Counted from the whole stretch's first letter, positions 29,891 to 40,682 are shown. The stretch: 62,392 nucleotides of DNA, filler included, from 7 parts of 7 records of this genome joined end to end with filler, not necessarily neighbours in it, one strand, 5' to 3'. The notes: generated from the sequence alone by a model not told the origin. Numbers and translations: made by a program.

Positions 29891-29891
29891 G

Positions 29892-30649
29892 CTACCACCC
29901 CTTGAGCTTATAAACTCAAAGACCTGCAGCTCTCGTTCCTTTAAGCTTCCTACTTGGAATTTCTCCATATCAAGTATCCCGTCAATTTTCCCATCATGAA
30001 TATACAACAACCTATTTGCTCTGGCAGCTGCTTTAATATCATGGGTCACCATCAAAATGGATTGTCCGTCTTTATTAATCTGCGATAACATATCCAGCAC
30101 TAACTCACTTTGCTTCGCGTTCAAAGCGCCTGTTGGTTCATCAGCGAAAATTAAACTTGGATTGTTAATCAAGCTTCTGGCTATAGCTGTTCTTTGCTTT
30201 TGTCCGCCAGATAACTCAGACGGATATTTTTTTCTATGTTCAAGCATATCCATATCTTCCAACAATTCTTCAACCCGCTCGTTTACCACAGTTCTGTCTT
30301 TCGAAATCAAATAGCCAGACATCGCTATATTTTCAAAAACATCAAAATCATCGATTAAGTTGGATTCTTGAAAGATGAACCCAATATCTTTTCTTCTGAT
30401 ATCCGCCATATCTTTCTCTTTCAAAGTATCTACTCTTTTATCACCAAGCATTATTTGCCCAGTTGTAACTTGATCTATTCCACTTATACAGTAAAGCAAC
30501 GTTGACTTCCCAGAACCGGAAGCCCCCATAATCACTGTAAAATCGCCCTTTTTTATTTCAACATCCAAATTTCTCAAAACATTTGTTGTGTTACTGCCAT
30601 TTATAAAGGTTTTACAAATACCTTTTCCGCTAAGCATTATGTTTTTCAT
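29892..30649 (-). CDS. ABC transporter ATP-binding protein (LolD/MacB type); the fusion to the permease is probably an artefact
   Basis: GASGSGKST, LSGGQ, ADEPTG, VTHD; one extra G in the G4 run gives ...SSRGW followed by TAG at 29892-29894. Confidence 0.85.
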
Positions 30650-30700
30650 ATTAAAAACGCCCTCCTAATACAGAAATTATATTCTAAAACATGCATCGAA

Positions 30701-30720
30701 ATCTTTAACTAATTCTTAAA
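30701..30720 (-). promoter_or_regulatory. Candidate OmpR-type direct-repeat box upstream of the ABC operon
   Basis: Reverse complement reads TTAAG aattag TTAAAG. Confidence 0.35.
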
Positions 30721-30732
30721 CGTTTATTAAAT

Positions 30733-30773
30733 AAAAAAAGACCACTAGATAATTTAATCTTATATAATGGTCT
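30733..30773 (-). terminator. Intrinsic terminator
   Basis: Minus strand AGACCATT...AGTGGTCT followed by a T-run. Confidence 0.55.
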
Positions 30774-30900
30774 ATATTTCAACAATCATACTGATACTAG
30801 AATATTTAAAGAATTTCAGTGAATACATATATATATCGCAAAATACAAAATATTCCGTACCATGAGAAATCATCAGAAATACTGTGTATCACTTTTTCCT

Positions 30901-30918
30901 TTACTCCCACTCGATAAT
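30901..30918 (-). mobile_element. Putative att site: duplicated 3' end of guaA
   Basis: Minus strand ATTATCGAGTGGGAGTAA = IIEWE-stop, the GMP synthase C-terminus, with no guaA body upstream. Confidence 0.7.
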
Positions 30919-31105
30919 TTCATATGTAATCTGTGTGGTTTCAAGTGATTTAGCTTGCTTATTTTGATTAATTTTGCTTAGTTTGATTATATTATCCTGT
31001 ATTTTAAAAGTTTTTAATATCAAATTAATATCATCGTGTTAATAAATTTTCACCAATAATCACCTAAGCAACCTAGCCATAACAACAAATCTTTTGTTCT
31101 TTTTT

Positions 31106-31205
31106 NNNNNNNNNNNNNNNNNNNNNNNNNNNNNNNNNNNNNNNNNNNNTTAATTAATTAANNNNNNNNNNNNNNNNNNNNNNNNNNNNNNNNNNNNNNN
31201 NNNNN
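31106..31205. other. Artificial contig spacer
   Basis: N44-TTAATTAATTAA-N44. Confidence 0.98.
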
Positions 31206-32199
31206 AAAAAAATACCCAATCTATTTAAAACCATATAGTTTATTAAAAAGAGCATTAACGGTAAAAAAGCTAAAAAAGAAATTAAAAATAGACTATACAA
31301 TAAGCTTTATGGAAGACTGCAATTTTACTAATATATTATCTAGGTATAAAGATAAGGTTTTTGTATCAGTTAGGAATTATAACGTAAAGCATAGTAATAA
31401 GCTTACGGATTTTTTAATTAGAAAACTATATAATAAATCGGACAAAGTTGTTGTTGTTTCTAGAGCGCTAAAAAAAATTTTCATAGATAATTATGGTATT
31501 AAGAATGATAAAATAAAAGTAATTTACAATTCATATGATATAGAAAAAATAAATTCGCTTAGCAAACAACAAGTAGATAATGAATATAAAAGAGTATATC
31601 AATCCAAAGTTATAACAAACATGGGCAGGCTTCATTATCAAAAAGGACAAGTTCATCTTATAAGAGCATTTTCTAAATTGAAAAAGGAGTTTGATGATGT
31701 TAACCTTGTTATTATTGGCGATGGAAGTATAAAAGATAAGTTGGTTCAAACGGCAAAGCACCATGGTGTTTTTGACAGTGTGTATTTCTTAGGATTTTTA
31801 GATAATCCTTTAAAGTATATAGCAAACTCTGACTTGTTTGTATTTCCATCAAAGTATGAAGGTTTTCCTAATGCATTATGCGAGGCTATGGCGTGCTCAG
31901 TTCCTGTTATTTCTTGCGATTGTAAAACAGGACCAAATGAAATATTGTGTAATGATGTGAATACGACAAAGAAAACTAAGGATATTGTTTTTGCAGATTA
32001 CGGTGTTTTGATCCCTGAAATTAATGATGAATTTGAAGAGAATAATTTGAACAAGCAAGAGGAAATGCTTTATATTGCTATGAGTAAAATGATAAATGAT
32101 ATGGATATAAGTAACAACTATGCTTTAATGGGAAGACAGAGAGTGAAAGAGTTTTCTATTAATACCATAGTAAAAGAATGGATAGATTTGCTCGCTTAG
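31206..32199 (+). CDS. GT4 glycosyltransferase (5' partial)
   Basis: GRL..QKG; FVFPSKYEGFPNALCEAMAC. Confidence 0.9.
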
Positions 32200-32217
32200 G
32201 GAAAAAGGTGCATAGGT

Positions 32218-33101
32218 ATGAAAAAGATAGTGAAGAAAATCATTATGGTTTTTATTAAAAAATTTAATAAACTGATACCAGATAAACTATATTTAAAGCT
32301 TTTTTTTAGGGCAAGAATGGACCAAAGACTTAATCTGAAAAATCCTAAAACTTTTAGTGAAAAATTGCAATGGTTAAAGCTTTATAATAAAGACCCGCAA
32401 CACACCAACTATGTAGATAAATATGAAGTTAGAGAGCTTATAAAAGAATGTATAGGAGAAGAGTACTTAATTCCTATGTTGGGTATTTATAATAATATAG
32501 AAGAAATTGACTTTGATTTATTGCCTAATCAGTTTGTATTAAAATGCACGCATGATTCTGGTGGGGTTGTGATTTGTAGAGATAAAAATAACTTTGATAC
32601 CAAAGACGCAAAAGATAAGCTAAGTGCTCATTTGAAAAAAACTTCTTTTATCATGGAAGAGAATTTTGCTATAAAAATGTTCCGCCTAGAATTATTTGTG
32701 AACAATACATGATGGATGGTGAAAATGAATACTTAAAAGACTATAAGTTTATGTGCTTTAATGGAAAAGTAAAGTGTTCGTTTGTATGTCTAAATAGAAA
32801 CTCAGATAAGGGTTTAAATGTTGATTTTTATGACTTAGATTGGAAGATTATGCCCTTTGAAAGAAAGTATCCAAATAGTGGAGAAACAATACCTAAGCCA
32901 AAGAATTATAAAAAAATGATTGAAATGGCGGAGGAAATTTCTAAAAATATGATTTTTGCTAGAATAGATTTTTATGAAATTGGTGGAAAAGTATATTTCG
33001 GTGAAATTACTCTGTATCCAGGTAATGGGGCTGAGCAATTTATGCCTGTAGAATATGATTATATTTTAGGAAGCTGGTTAGAATTGCCTATTGATATATG
33101 A
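32218..33101 (+). CDS. TupA-like ATP-grasp amidoligase, split at an A7 run (32635-32641)
   Basis: NPKTFSEKLQWLKL, KCTHDSG, DYKFMCFNG, RIDFY, FGEITLYP; one extra A restores GRE..YKNVPPRIICEQY. Confidence 0.88.
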
Positions 33102-33329
33102 GATTTTTGAACAAATAAAACTAGATATATCACAAGAATTTTTGGGATTTTAATACTAAAGATCAAAAGCGATTGAAAAAAAGCGTAGTAGTGATCTAAA
33201 GGAATATCGTTTGGTAAATTTAACAAGTGCAATTTGTATAAATAAAATGAATAATATATGATTATAGTGAATTTTGAATGTGTTTAAAAAAACGAATTAT
33301 TAAATTGCAGCAATAAATAGGAGATTCAA

Positions 33330-34799
33330 TTGGCTAGCATCAAAAAGAACTTTGTATACAATATATTATATGAAATATTGGCGATAATTCTGCCCTTATT
33401 AACTTCTCCATATATAGCAAGAGTTTTAGGAGCGGATTTTGTTGGTATTTTTTCTTATACAAGATCAATAACTCAGTATTTTTTAATATTTTCCATGTTG
33501 GGAATAATGGTATATGGGAATAGAGAAATAGCAAAGGTTAGCGACGATAAAGATAAAAGATCTAATGTATTTTGGAGCATATATGCTCTGCAAATATGTA
33601 CTCACATTATAGTCATGATTATTTATGCTTATTATGCTTTCAATCTAGCTGAATATAGGATTGTTTCGATAATTCATTTAATCACACTTGCGACTAGTGC
33701 GCTAAATATATCATGGTTTTTCTTTGGTATGAGAGAATTTAAAGTAACTGTTACTAGAAACATGTTTTTTAAACTGTTATATGTTAGCTGCATTTTTATC
33801 TTTGTGAAGAATGAAAGTCACCTTAATAGATATATACTCATAATTTGTAGTGGAAACCTTATTGCTCAATTGATGCTTTGGATACCAATATTTAAGCGTG
33901 TTAATTTGCTTCAGTTCAAAGAATTGAATGTAGCAAAACACATTAAACCCAGCTTGATCTTGTTTGTGCCAGCTTTGTCGGTCAGCATATTTCATTCAAT
34001 GGATCGAATTATGATTGGTGCAATAAGTGCGATTTCGCAAGTTGCTATGTATGCATATGCCAGAACAATTGTAGATATACCAAAGAGTTTTGTAAGAGCA
34101 TTTAGCAATGTAATGATGCCTCATATCACAAATAAAATAGCTAATGAAGGAAAAGAGAAAAGTTTTAAGTATATTGAGTCAACAATGTTTGGTATGATAT
34201 TTTTAATATCGGCATTAAGTTTTGGATTTGCTGCAATAAGCAAAACATTTCCTACAGTATTTTGGGGTGCTGAATTTTCTGGAGCTCATAAGCCGTTATT
34301 AATTTTATCCATTGCTTTGATATTTAGTATTGTAGGAGATGTTGTGAAAACTCAATATATAATACCTAATGGTAAGGATAAAGAATACACTATTTCTTTA
34401 TTTATTGCAGCTATAATTAATTTTGGTTTAAACTTAATATTTATAAAGGCGCTTGGTGCTTTTGGGGCAGCAATTGCGACTTTAATTACTGAAATATTTA
34501 TTACATCATTTCAGACATATATAACATCAAAAAAAGTACCGGTTGTTGGGTATATATTGAATGCTGGTATTTTTATTCTAATTGGTCTTATTATGTTTAT
34601 GGTAGTATATTACATGGGTATGGTGCTTGATGCAACAGTTGCAACACTTCTTATTCAGATTGCTTGTGGCGGAATTATTTATATCTCTCTTAGCTTTGCA
34701 TATTTAAAGATATCTAATAATGCAGAGGCTAATAAGTTATTTAACACGCTGATTGTAATGCTTAGCAAACTTAAGCGGAAGAAATCACGAATTAAATAA
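33330..34799 (+). CDS. wzx: Polysaccharide flippase (Wzx)
   Basis: SIKKNFVYN...PLLTSPYIARVLG; many TM segments; EPS context. Confidence 0.9.
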   Translation: MASIKKNFVYNILYEILAIILPLLTSPYIARVLGADFVGIFSYTRSITQYFLIFSMLGIMVYGNREIAKVSDDKDKRSNVFWSIYALQICTHIIVMIIYAYYAFNLAEYRIVSIIHLITLATSALNISWFFFGMREFKVTVTRNMFFKLLYVSCIFIFVKNESHLNRYILIICSGNLIAQLMLWIPIFKRVNLLQFKELNVAKHIKPSLILFVPALSVSIFHSMDRIMIGAISAISQVAMYAYARTIVDIPKSFVRAFSNVMMPHITNKIANEGKEKSFKYIESTMFGMIFLISALSFGFAAISKTFPTVFWGAEFSGAHKPLLILSIALIFSIVGDVVKTQYIIPNGKDKEYTISLFIAAIINFGLNLIFIKALGAFGAAIATLITEIFITSFQTYITSKKVPVVGYILNAGIFILIGLIMFMVVYYMGMVLDATVATLLIQIACGGIIYISLSFAYLKISNNAEANKLFNTLIVMLSKLKRKKSRIK

Positions 34800-34810
34800 T
34801 ATATAATTAA

Positions 34811-34840
34811 TAAGCCTTGATAACATATCATCAAGGCTTA
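34811..34840. terminator. Bidirectional terminator hairpin
   Basis: TAAGCCTTGAT / ATCAAGGCTTA between convergent genes. Confidence 0.75.
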
Positions 34841-34849
34841 CTTTCTTAA

Positions 34850-35245
34850 CTAAACTCCAAACAAAGTATAAATCGCCGAAGGAAAAATTAGATGGACAAT
34901 CATTGTAAGCACTGTAAAGTATGCCAATACCTTATGTGTAACAAATGTCCACTTCTTTTTTACACTTATGTGTATAATAGCGAAAACAGCAGTTAGTATA
35001 AATAAAATTCCAACCAAAGAGCCGGTATGAAGACGAAACGAACCAAGCGCCATAAAACCGTGAAGTGCTATAAATATAAATAGCAATAATCCTAGGGACT
35101 TATGTAGTTTTCTTAGCCATTTTAATGATTTTACATACATGGTATCGCTTTTAAAAAAACTATAGGAATGTATTTTTTGCATTACAATAGGTAAAATGAT
35201 CATAACGATTACAGCAACATTTAGCCACCCTAAAAATTTATACAT
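34850..35245 (-). CDS. Small 4-TM His-rich membrane protein (possible cytochrome b)
   Basis: Membrane-associated His residues (LHK, ALHG, THK, IVH); downstream of the cytochrome b5 gene. Confidence 0.6.
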   Translation of the reverse strand: MYKFLGWLNVAVIVMIILPIVMQKIHSYSFFKSDTMYVKSLKWLRKLHKSLGLLLFIFIALHGFMALGSFRLHTGSLVGILFILTAVFAIIHISVKKKWTFVTHKVLAYFTVLTMIVHLIFPSAIYTLFGV

Positions 35246-35253
35246 AATATCAC

Positions 35254-35631
35254 CTACTCTGCTAGCTTGCCAACAACAGGTAACCCCTCCAATTTTGAAA
35301 CTCCATGCGGAGCTTTTAGGATTTTATCTGATATATCTGTACCAGCCTTGTTTCCGTTGTGTTCACCACTGGACCATTTTGAAATATTTGATACATCATA
35401 AACTACGCCATCAACTGCTACATATGCTGGGTTCCCGTCTTTACCATCATACTTAGCCAGTTCATCCAATGTCATAGTTGTTTCAGTTTGCGTTTCAGCT
35501 TGTGTAGTTGTATCTTCAACTGCTATATTTTCTGCTTTTTGTTGGTCTTCCTTAGCACATCCAATTAAGAAAGCTCCTATTAATAAAACCATTGATATGA
35601 TGAATGCCCTTTTTAGCTTAAAACTTGTCAT
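35254..35631 (-). CDS. Cytochrome b5-like heme/steroid-binding lipoprotein
   Basis: LIGC lipobox; TLDELAKYDGKDGNPAYVAVDGVVYDV..W..GEH...PHG. Confidence 0.9.
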   Translation of the reverse strand: MTSFKLKRAFIISMVLLIGAFLIGCAKEDQQKAENIAVEDTTTQAETQTETTMTLDELAKYDGKDGNPAYVAVDGVVYDVSNISKWSSGEHNGNKAGTDISDKILKAPHGVSKLEGLPVVGKLAE

Positions 35632-36058
35632 AATAAACCTCCTAAAATATAGTATATACAAAAAATTATATGCTTATTATTCTTATATGTCAAAGTGTAT
35701 CTATTGCAAAACTATATAATAAAATCTATAGGTTTAACTTATACAAAATTGATATGGGTATGGTTTTAACTAGCTAAGATCATAGGTATTAGAGGATACA
35801 ATATGTGGTCAGTTTTGCGTAGAGAAATTAGTATTTAAATAGCGTTTATAGACTTCATTGAAAAAAATTTAATCGTCATCACCAAAATTTTTCAGAATAT
35901 CCTTATATAACAAATAAATTATGCATCATCAAGTATGTTTAGCTTATAAGATGTTTTATAGTGTGAATTATTATTGTGTTTTATAGATGCTGTGGTATTA
36001 TAAACATATCAATAGAAAAATGGGTTAATATAACTAAACGATATAAAGGAGTAATTAT

Positions 36059-36358
36059 ATGTACGACGAATCAATGAGTGAACAAGAACTTAGAGAGATA
36101 GCTAAAAAAAGGATAGAAGCAAAGCAAGGTTTTAAAATTCATTTAGCAGTGTATGTTTTGGTTAATTTAGGTTTGTGGGCAATATACTTTTTTATAACCA
36201 AACAGTATGACGGATATGCATGGCCGATATATCCACTTTTAGGCTGGGGGATTGGCGTTGCTGCACATTTTTTTGCTATGATGAATGAGCTAAAACAGAC
36301 TAATAGCAATATAATAGATAAAGAGATTGAAAAGATTAAAAGCGGAAAGATGTTTTAG
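36059..36358 (+). CDS. 2TM domain protein
   Basis: AKKR..AK.GF.IHL..YV.VN; WPIYP.LGWGIG...H. Confidence 0.85.
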   Translation: MYDESMSEQELREIAKKRIEAKQGFKIHLAVYVLVNLGLWAIYFFITKQYDGYAWPIYPLLGWGIGVAAHFFAMMNELKQTNSNIIDKEIEKIKSGKMF

Positions 36359-36389
36359 GGTTTTATTAAATAGCGTAGGGGAAAGATAT

Positions 36390-36935
36390 ATGAAAATAAC
36401 GGTGGTTTCTGATATAGATAACGCTGAATTTGAAAGTAATTTAAGCGAAGCAATTAGTAACTTAGGTGAAAAGAAGCACAGCATTGATTTTTATGACCTA
36501 AATAAACTTGATATAAAATATTGCATTGGGTGCTTTGGTTGTTGGGTAAAAAACCCAGGCAAATGCGTTTTTGATGACGATATGACAAACATACTTAAAA
36601 GCCAGGTTGGCTCTGATTGGGTTATATATTTAAGCTCAATGGCAGCAGGTACACTTGGATATAAGACTAAAAATGCTATAGACAGAAGCATACCTTTAGT
36701 TTTGCCGTATATTGGTGTTTTTGAAGGTGAGTTCCATCACAAAAAAAGGTATGAAAAATATCCTAACAGAGCATTTATGGTTTTGGATGATGAAAGTGCA
36801 AATGATGAAAGCATGAAAATATTGAAAGAAATAGCGGAGAAAAATGCGAAAAATATGCATTGTGATAAACATATTGCTAAGGTTTTTAATGTGCAGAGTA
36901 TTGAGGAGAGTCTAGATGAAGTTATTGGTTGTTAA
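36390..36935 (+). CDS. Iron-sulfur flavoprotein / flavodoxin family protein
   Basis: CIGCFGCWVKNPGKC..DDD. Confidence 0.85.
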   Translation: MKITVVSDIDNAEFESNLSEAISNLGEKKHSIDFYDLNKLDIKYCIGCFGCWVKNPGKCVFDDDMTNILKSQVGSDWVIYLSSMAAGTLGYKTKNAIDRSIPLVLPYIGVFEGEFHHKKRYEKYPNRAFMVLDDESANDESMKILKEIAEKNAKNMHCDKHIAKVFNVQSIEESLDEVIGC

Positions 36936-37551
36936 TGGATCGCCCAGGGCAAGCAAAGGTAACTCTTTGGTTATTACTAAGTGGATGTTTGAAAAAACTA
37001 CTTTGGATTATGATTCGATAAATACCGTTGATATAGTAAAGGGGAAAGAGGATATGAGTTCTCTTTATGGTTATGATGCATACTTTATTGTTTTTCCGCT
37101 TTATGTTGATAGCGTGCCAGCGGTAACAAAAAATGTTTTTGAGCAGATGGAAAAACAAAAAGCTAACTTTGAAAATAAAGATGTGTATTTTTGTGTGCAT
37201 TCTGGTTTTCCAGAAGCTGTCCATAGCAGGGGCGCTGAAAAATACTTGCAATACTTTGCAAAACTTATGAGTATGAATTATAAAGGTACTGCTGTGATTG
37301 GCGGCAGTGAAGCTATTAAAGTTGTGCCACGAGAGTATTTTAAAAAAAGGATTGATCTTTTGAATAAATTAGGTGAGGATGTTTTAAACTTAACACCTTT
37401 TAGTCAAGAGGTTTTAGCAAAGATAAATAAATTTGAGAAACTACCATGGTTATGGACTTTTCTTGGGAAATTGAACCCTCCATTTTATTGGAACAGCCAG
37501 TTAAAAAAGAATAATGTTTTTGATAGAAGGCTTGATAGACCATACGAATAA
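36916..37551 (+). CDS. NADPH-dependent FMN reductase-like protein
   Basis: NGSPR...NS; FPLYVDSVP; SGFPE. Confidence 0.85.
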   Translation: MKLLVVNGSPRASKGNSLVITKWMFEKTTLDYDSINTVDIVKGKEDMSSLYGYDAYFIVFPLYVDSVPAVTKNVFEQMEKQKANFENKDVYFCVHSGFPEAVHSRGAEKYLQYFAKLMSMNYKGTAVIGGSEAIKVVPREYFKKRIDLLNKLGEDVLNLTPFSQEVLAKINKFEKLPWLWTFLGKLNPPFYWNSQLKKNNVFDRRLDRPYE

Positions 37552-37570
37552 ACCAAAAATAAACACCTAT

Positions 37571-37599
37571 ATAGCTAGCGTAGATGCTGGCTATTTTTT
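37571..37599 (+). terminator. Intrinsic terminator
   Basis: ATAGCTAGC / GCTGGCTAT stem followed by a T-run. Confidence 0.7.
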
Positions 37600-37660
37600 A
37601 TTCAACAGCAATAATGGTATTGAGCATTTTTATATTGTATAATATAGATATTATATTAAG

Positions 37661-38575
37661 GTGGCATATATGAAGAGTGCTAGATTATTTGAGATATTAT
37701 ATATTTTGATTAACAACAAAAAAACTACAGCCAAGGAGCTTGCTGCAAGGTTTGAGGTTTCTACTCGCACTATCTATCGTGATATTGACGCACTTTCCAG
37801 CAGTAATATACCTATTTACACAACTAAAGGCAAAGGCGGCGGTGTTTTTTTGCTGGATAATTTTAAGTTAAAAAGCACTTTATTAAGCAGCAATGAGCAA
37901 AGGCGAGTTTTAAATGCTGTTAGTGCGTATATGATGGTTGATAAGGGTGATAATGAGGGTTTGATAGACAAGCTGAATGCTGTTTTTGAACAGAAACAAA
38001 AAGAATGGATATCAATTGATTATTCCCCATGGGGTGGCGGTGATGAATTTAATATTAAGTTTGAAAAAATTAAAACGAGTATACTGGATAGTCATATACT
38101 TCAAATTGAATATGTTGATAGTAAAACAGTTAAATCTAAAAGACGTATTATGCCGCTTAGGATAATAAATAAAAATGCACAATGGTATGTATATGCTTTT
38201 TGCAAAAAGGCTGATGACTTTAGGTTTTTTAAGCTAAGAAGAATCATAAGTATTGATGTTTTGAATGAACGCTTTGAAGAAATTGAATATAATCTTGACT
38301 TAAACAGCTTTGATTACAAAACAAACAATGATAAGACGGTTGAGTTTATAGTAGATAAAAAGCATGAGTACAATATTGTGGGTGATTTTGGTATCGAATC
38401 TCTTGAAAAATATGATGATGATAGATGCAAGGTTAGTGTGGTTTACAGTAATGATGATGATATACTAAGCTACTTGTTGATGTTTGGACATGACGTTGAG
38501 GTTATAGCTCCGCGTGAAATAAGAGAAAAGATGAGAAAGAAGATTGAGAATATATACAAAGTATATCAAAACTAG
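37661..38575 (+). CDS. YafY-family HTH-WYL-WCX transcriptional regulator
   Basis: RLFEILY.L; ELA.RFEVS.RTIYRD; WYVYAFC...FR.FKL.RI. Confidence 0.93.
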   Translation: MAYMKSARLFEILYILINNKKTTAKELAARFEVSTRTIYRDIDALSSSNIPIYTTKGKGGGVFLLDNFKLKSTLLSSNEQRRVLNAVSAYMMVDKGDNEGLIDKLNAVFEQKQKEWISIDYSPWGGGDEFNIKFEKIKTSILDSHILQIEYVDSKTVKSKRRIMPLRIINKNAQWYVYAFCKKADDFRFFKLRRIISIDVLNERFEEIEYNLDLNSFDYKTNNDKTVEFIVDKKHEYNIVGDFGIESLEKYDDDRCKVSVVYSNDDDILSYLLMFGHDVEVIAPREIREKMRKKIENIYKVYQN

Positions 38576-38606
38576 ACGATAGATGTCATATTATATATGC
38601 TATTAT
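38573..38606 (+). promoter_or_regulatory. Candidate WYL-regulator site plus extended -10
   Basis: taGACgatagaTGTCAta followed by TGCTATTAT upstream of the GyrI gene. Confidence 0.5.
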
Positions 38607-38638
38607 ACGCATATAAAGATTAAATGAGGTGACTGTTT

Positions 38639-39256
38639 ATGGAAAAGGTAGACTTTAAGAAAAAATACAAAGAGATATATAAACCAAAAGATGCATCGAT
38701 AATTGATGTTCCAAGCCTTAAGTATATTTCACTTAGTGGCAAAGGAAACCCAAACGGCGATGAATTCCAAGTTGCAATCGAAGCACTTTATGCAACAGCT
38801 TATGCAATTAGTATGAGCTATAAATCTGGATGGGATATAGCGGGGTTTCATCAGTTTGTTGTACCACCACTTGAGGGTGTTTGGGACACTGCTGACGGTA
38901 GTGAATATGATGGTAACAAGGACAATTTAAAATGGGATATAATGATTTTGATGCCTGAGTTTGTTACAGGTGAAGTGGTTGATTTAGCCAAAAGTAAGGC
39001 GTTTGATAAAAAAAGCAATTTAAGAATAAATGATATTAGCCTTACTAATTATCCTAAAACAAAAGCATGTGTTTATATGCATATTGGGGCATACGATGAT
39101 GAGCCAGCCAGCTTTGAATATATGAAAAATTCTTTGGAAAATTCAGATTACAAAAGGAAAAAGCATATTCATCGTGAGATATATTTAAGCGATTTTAGAA
39201 AGACTCCTAAAGAGAAGCTAAAAACAGTTTTATACTTTGAAGTATGTGGAAAGTAA
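38639..39256 (+). CDS. GyrI-like small-molecule-binding protein
   Basis: G.GNPN; VPPLEGVW; HIGAYDDE; HREIYLSD.RKT. Confidence 0.9.
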   Translation: MEKVDFKKKYKEIYKPKDASIIDVPSLKYISLSGKGNPNGDEFQVAIEALYATAYAISMSYKSGWDIAGFHQFVVPPLEGVWDTADGSEYDGNKDNLKWDIMILMPEFVTGEVVDLAKSKAFDKKSNLRINDISLTNYPKTKACVYMHIGAYDDEPASFEYMKNSLENSDYKRKKHIHREIYLSDFRKTPKEKLKTVLYFEVCGK

Positions 39257-39271
39257 GTTGGAAAGGACAAT

Positions 39272-40000
39272 ATGGATTATAAAAATATCACTTTAAAAAA
39301 TATAGATCATGAGCATGTTTGTTGCGCTATTAGCGATAAAAAACACCAAGAGGGTGTTGGTAAGAAAAAAGAATGGTTAAAAAAGCAAATTGAGGATGGA
39401 CATGTTTTTAGAAAGCTTGATGATAGGGGCAAGGTGTTTATAGAGTATGCTCCGCTTGAAAATGCATTTGTGCCAATTGATGGTGAAAACTTTTTGTATA
39501 TCTATTGTTTGTGGAGCAGCGGAAAGTTCAAAGGGCATGGACACGGTAGAGACCTTTTAAACTATGCTATTGAAGATGCTAAAAAACACGGTAAAAACGG
39601 GTTGTGCGCTATATCATCCAAGAAAAAAGCACCATTTTTATCCGATGCTAAGTTTTTGAAGAAGTTTGGTTTTGAAACAGTAGACGCAATTGGAAAATAT
39701 GATTTAATGAGTTTGGAATTTACTGATTGCGAAAGTCCAAAGTTTATCACAGAAAATGATTTTGGTGATAAGGGTGTTCATATTTTTTATAATAACCAAT
39801 GCCCCTATACGCACCATTGTATAGAGGAAATTAAACCGCTTTGTGACGATTTGCATCTTCATGAGATAACAACTCTTGAACAAGCAAAAAAGTCCCCCGT
39901 GCTTTTAAACAACTTTGCTGTTATTAAAGATGGAAAATACGTAACGCATGAGTTGTTGAATGCAAATAGGTTTAAAAAATTTGTGGAAGCTACTAAATAA
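39272..40000 (+). CDS. YoaP-domain GNAT acetyltransferase
   Basis: EHVCCAISDKK; RGKVFIEY.P; CLW.SGK.KG.G.G; QCPY. Confidence 0.88.
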   Translation: MDYKNITLKNIDHEHVCCAISDKKHQEGVGKKKEWLKKQIEDGHVFRKLDDRGKVFIEYAPLENAFVPIDGENFLYIYCLWSSGKFKGHGHGRDLLNYAIEDAKKHGKNGLCAISSKKKAPFLSDAKFLKKFGFETVDAIGKYDLMSLEFTDCESPKFITENDFGDKGVHIFYNNQCPYTHHCIEEIKPLCDDLHLHEITTLEQAKKSPVLLNNFAVIKDGKYVTHELLNANRFKKFVEATK

Positions 40001-40117
40001 TAGTTTGAATATTAATAATTTAACAAACTAAACAAAATTGAATAAGCGAATGCCCTATGTTATGATGAAAATATAATGAAGCAACATATTTTTATGAATT
40101 GAAAGGATAGTGTTTTT

Positions 40118-40594
40118 ATGGTAGGAATTATATATTTTTCTGGAGTTGGAAGCACCAAGAATTTAGCAGAAGTATTGGGCGAAAAGATTGAAAGCAAGCT
40201 TATAAGGTTAGAAGAAGTAAAAAAACGCGGATTTATCAGCAACGGTTTTAGAGCAGCTTCAAAAAAAGCTTCTATATTAGTTGGTAATCCTGCAAGCGAG
40301 ATTGATGGCATGGATGAGCTTTATTTACTTACACCAATATGGGCAGGAAACGGAACACCAGCAATGAATGCTTTTTTGGATGAAGCCAATTTGGAAGGAA
40401 AAGAAGTTACGATTATGACGGTTATGGCGGCAAATGATTTAAGTGGTGTTGGTTCTTGTCATGAATATTTATCTAATAAAGCAAGTGGAAAAGGTGCTGA
40501 AGTAAAAAACTGCTTTGCATTCCATGGAGCATCTATAAAGCAGATTGCACCAAAGGAGTATATGGCTACTCAACTTGAAAAACATAGTCTATAA
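40118..40594 (+). CDS. Flavodoxin family protein
   Basis: IYFSGVGST; TPIWAG. Confidence 0.85.
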   Translation: MVGIIYFSGVGSTKNLAEVLGEKIESKLIRLEEVKKRGFISNGFRAASKKASILVGNPASEIDGMDELYLLTPIWAGNGTPAMNAFLDEANLEGKEVTIMTVMAANDLSGVGSCHEYLSNKASGKGAEVKNCFAFHGASIKQIAPKEYMATQLEKHSL

Positions 40595-40627
40595 TTTTTA
40601 TTTTATAATATAATTTGTAATCTATTT

Positions 40628-40655
40628 GCTCTATATTGCTTAGGAAATATAGAGC
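40628..40655. terminator. Bidirectional terminator hairpin
   Basis: GCTCTATATT / AATATAGAGC. Confidence 0.7.
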
Positions 40656-40682
40656 TTATTTTATTGTTGGGTATAAAAGTTA

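Noticed and set aside
27539-30649. Novel 1036-aa ATPase-permease fusion
   Set aside because: One extra G gives the family-typical ...GW-stop ending immediately before the permease ATG.
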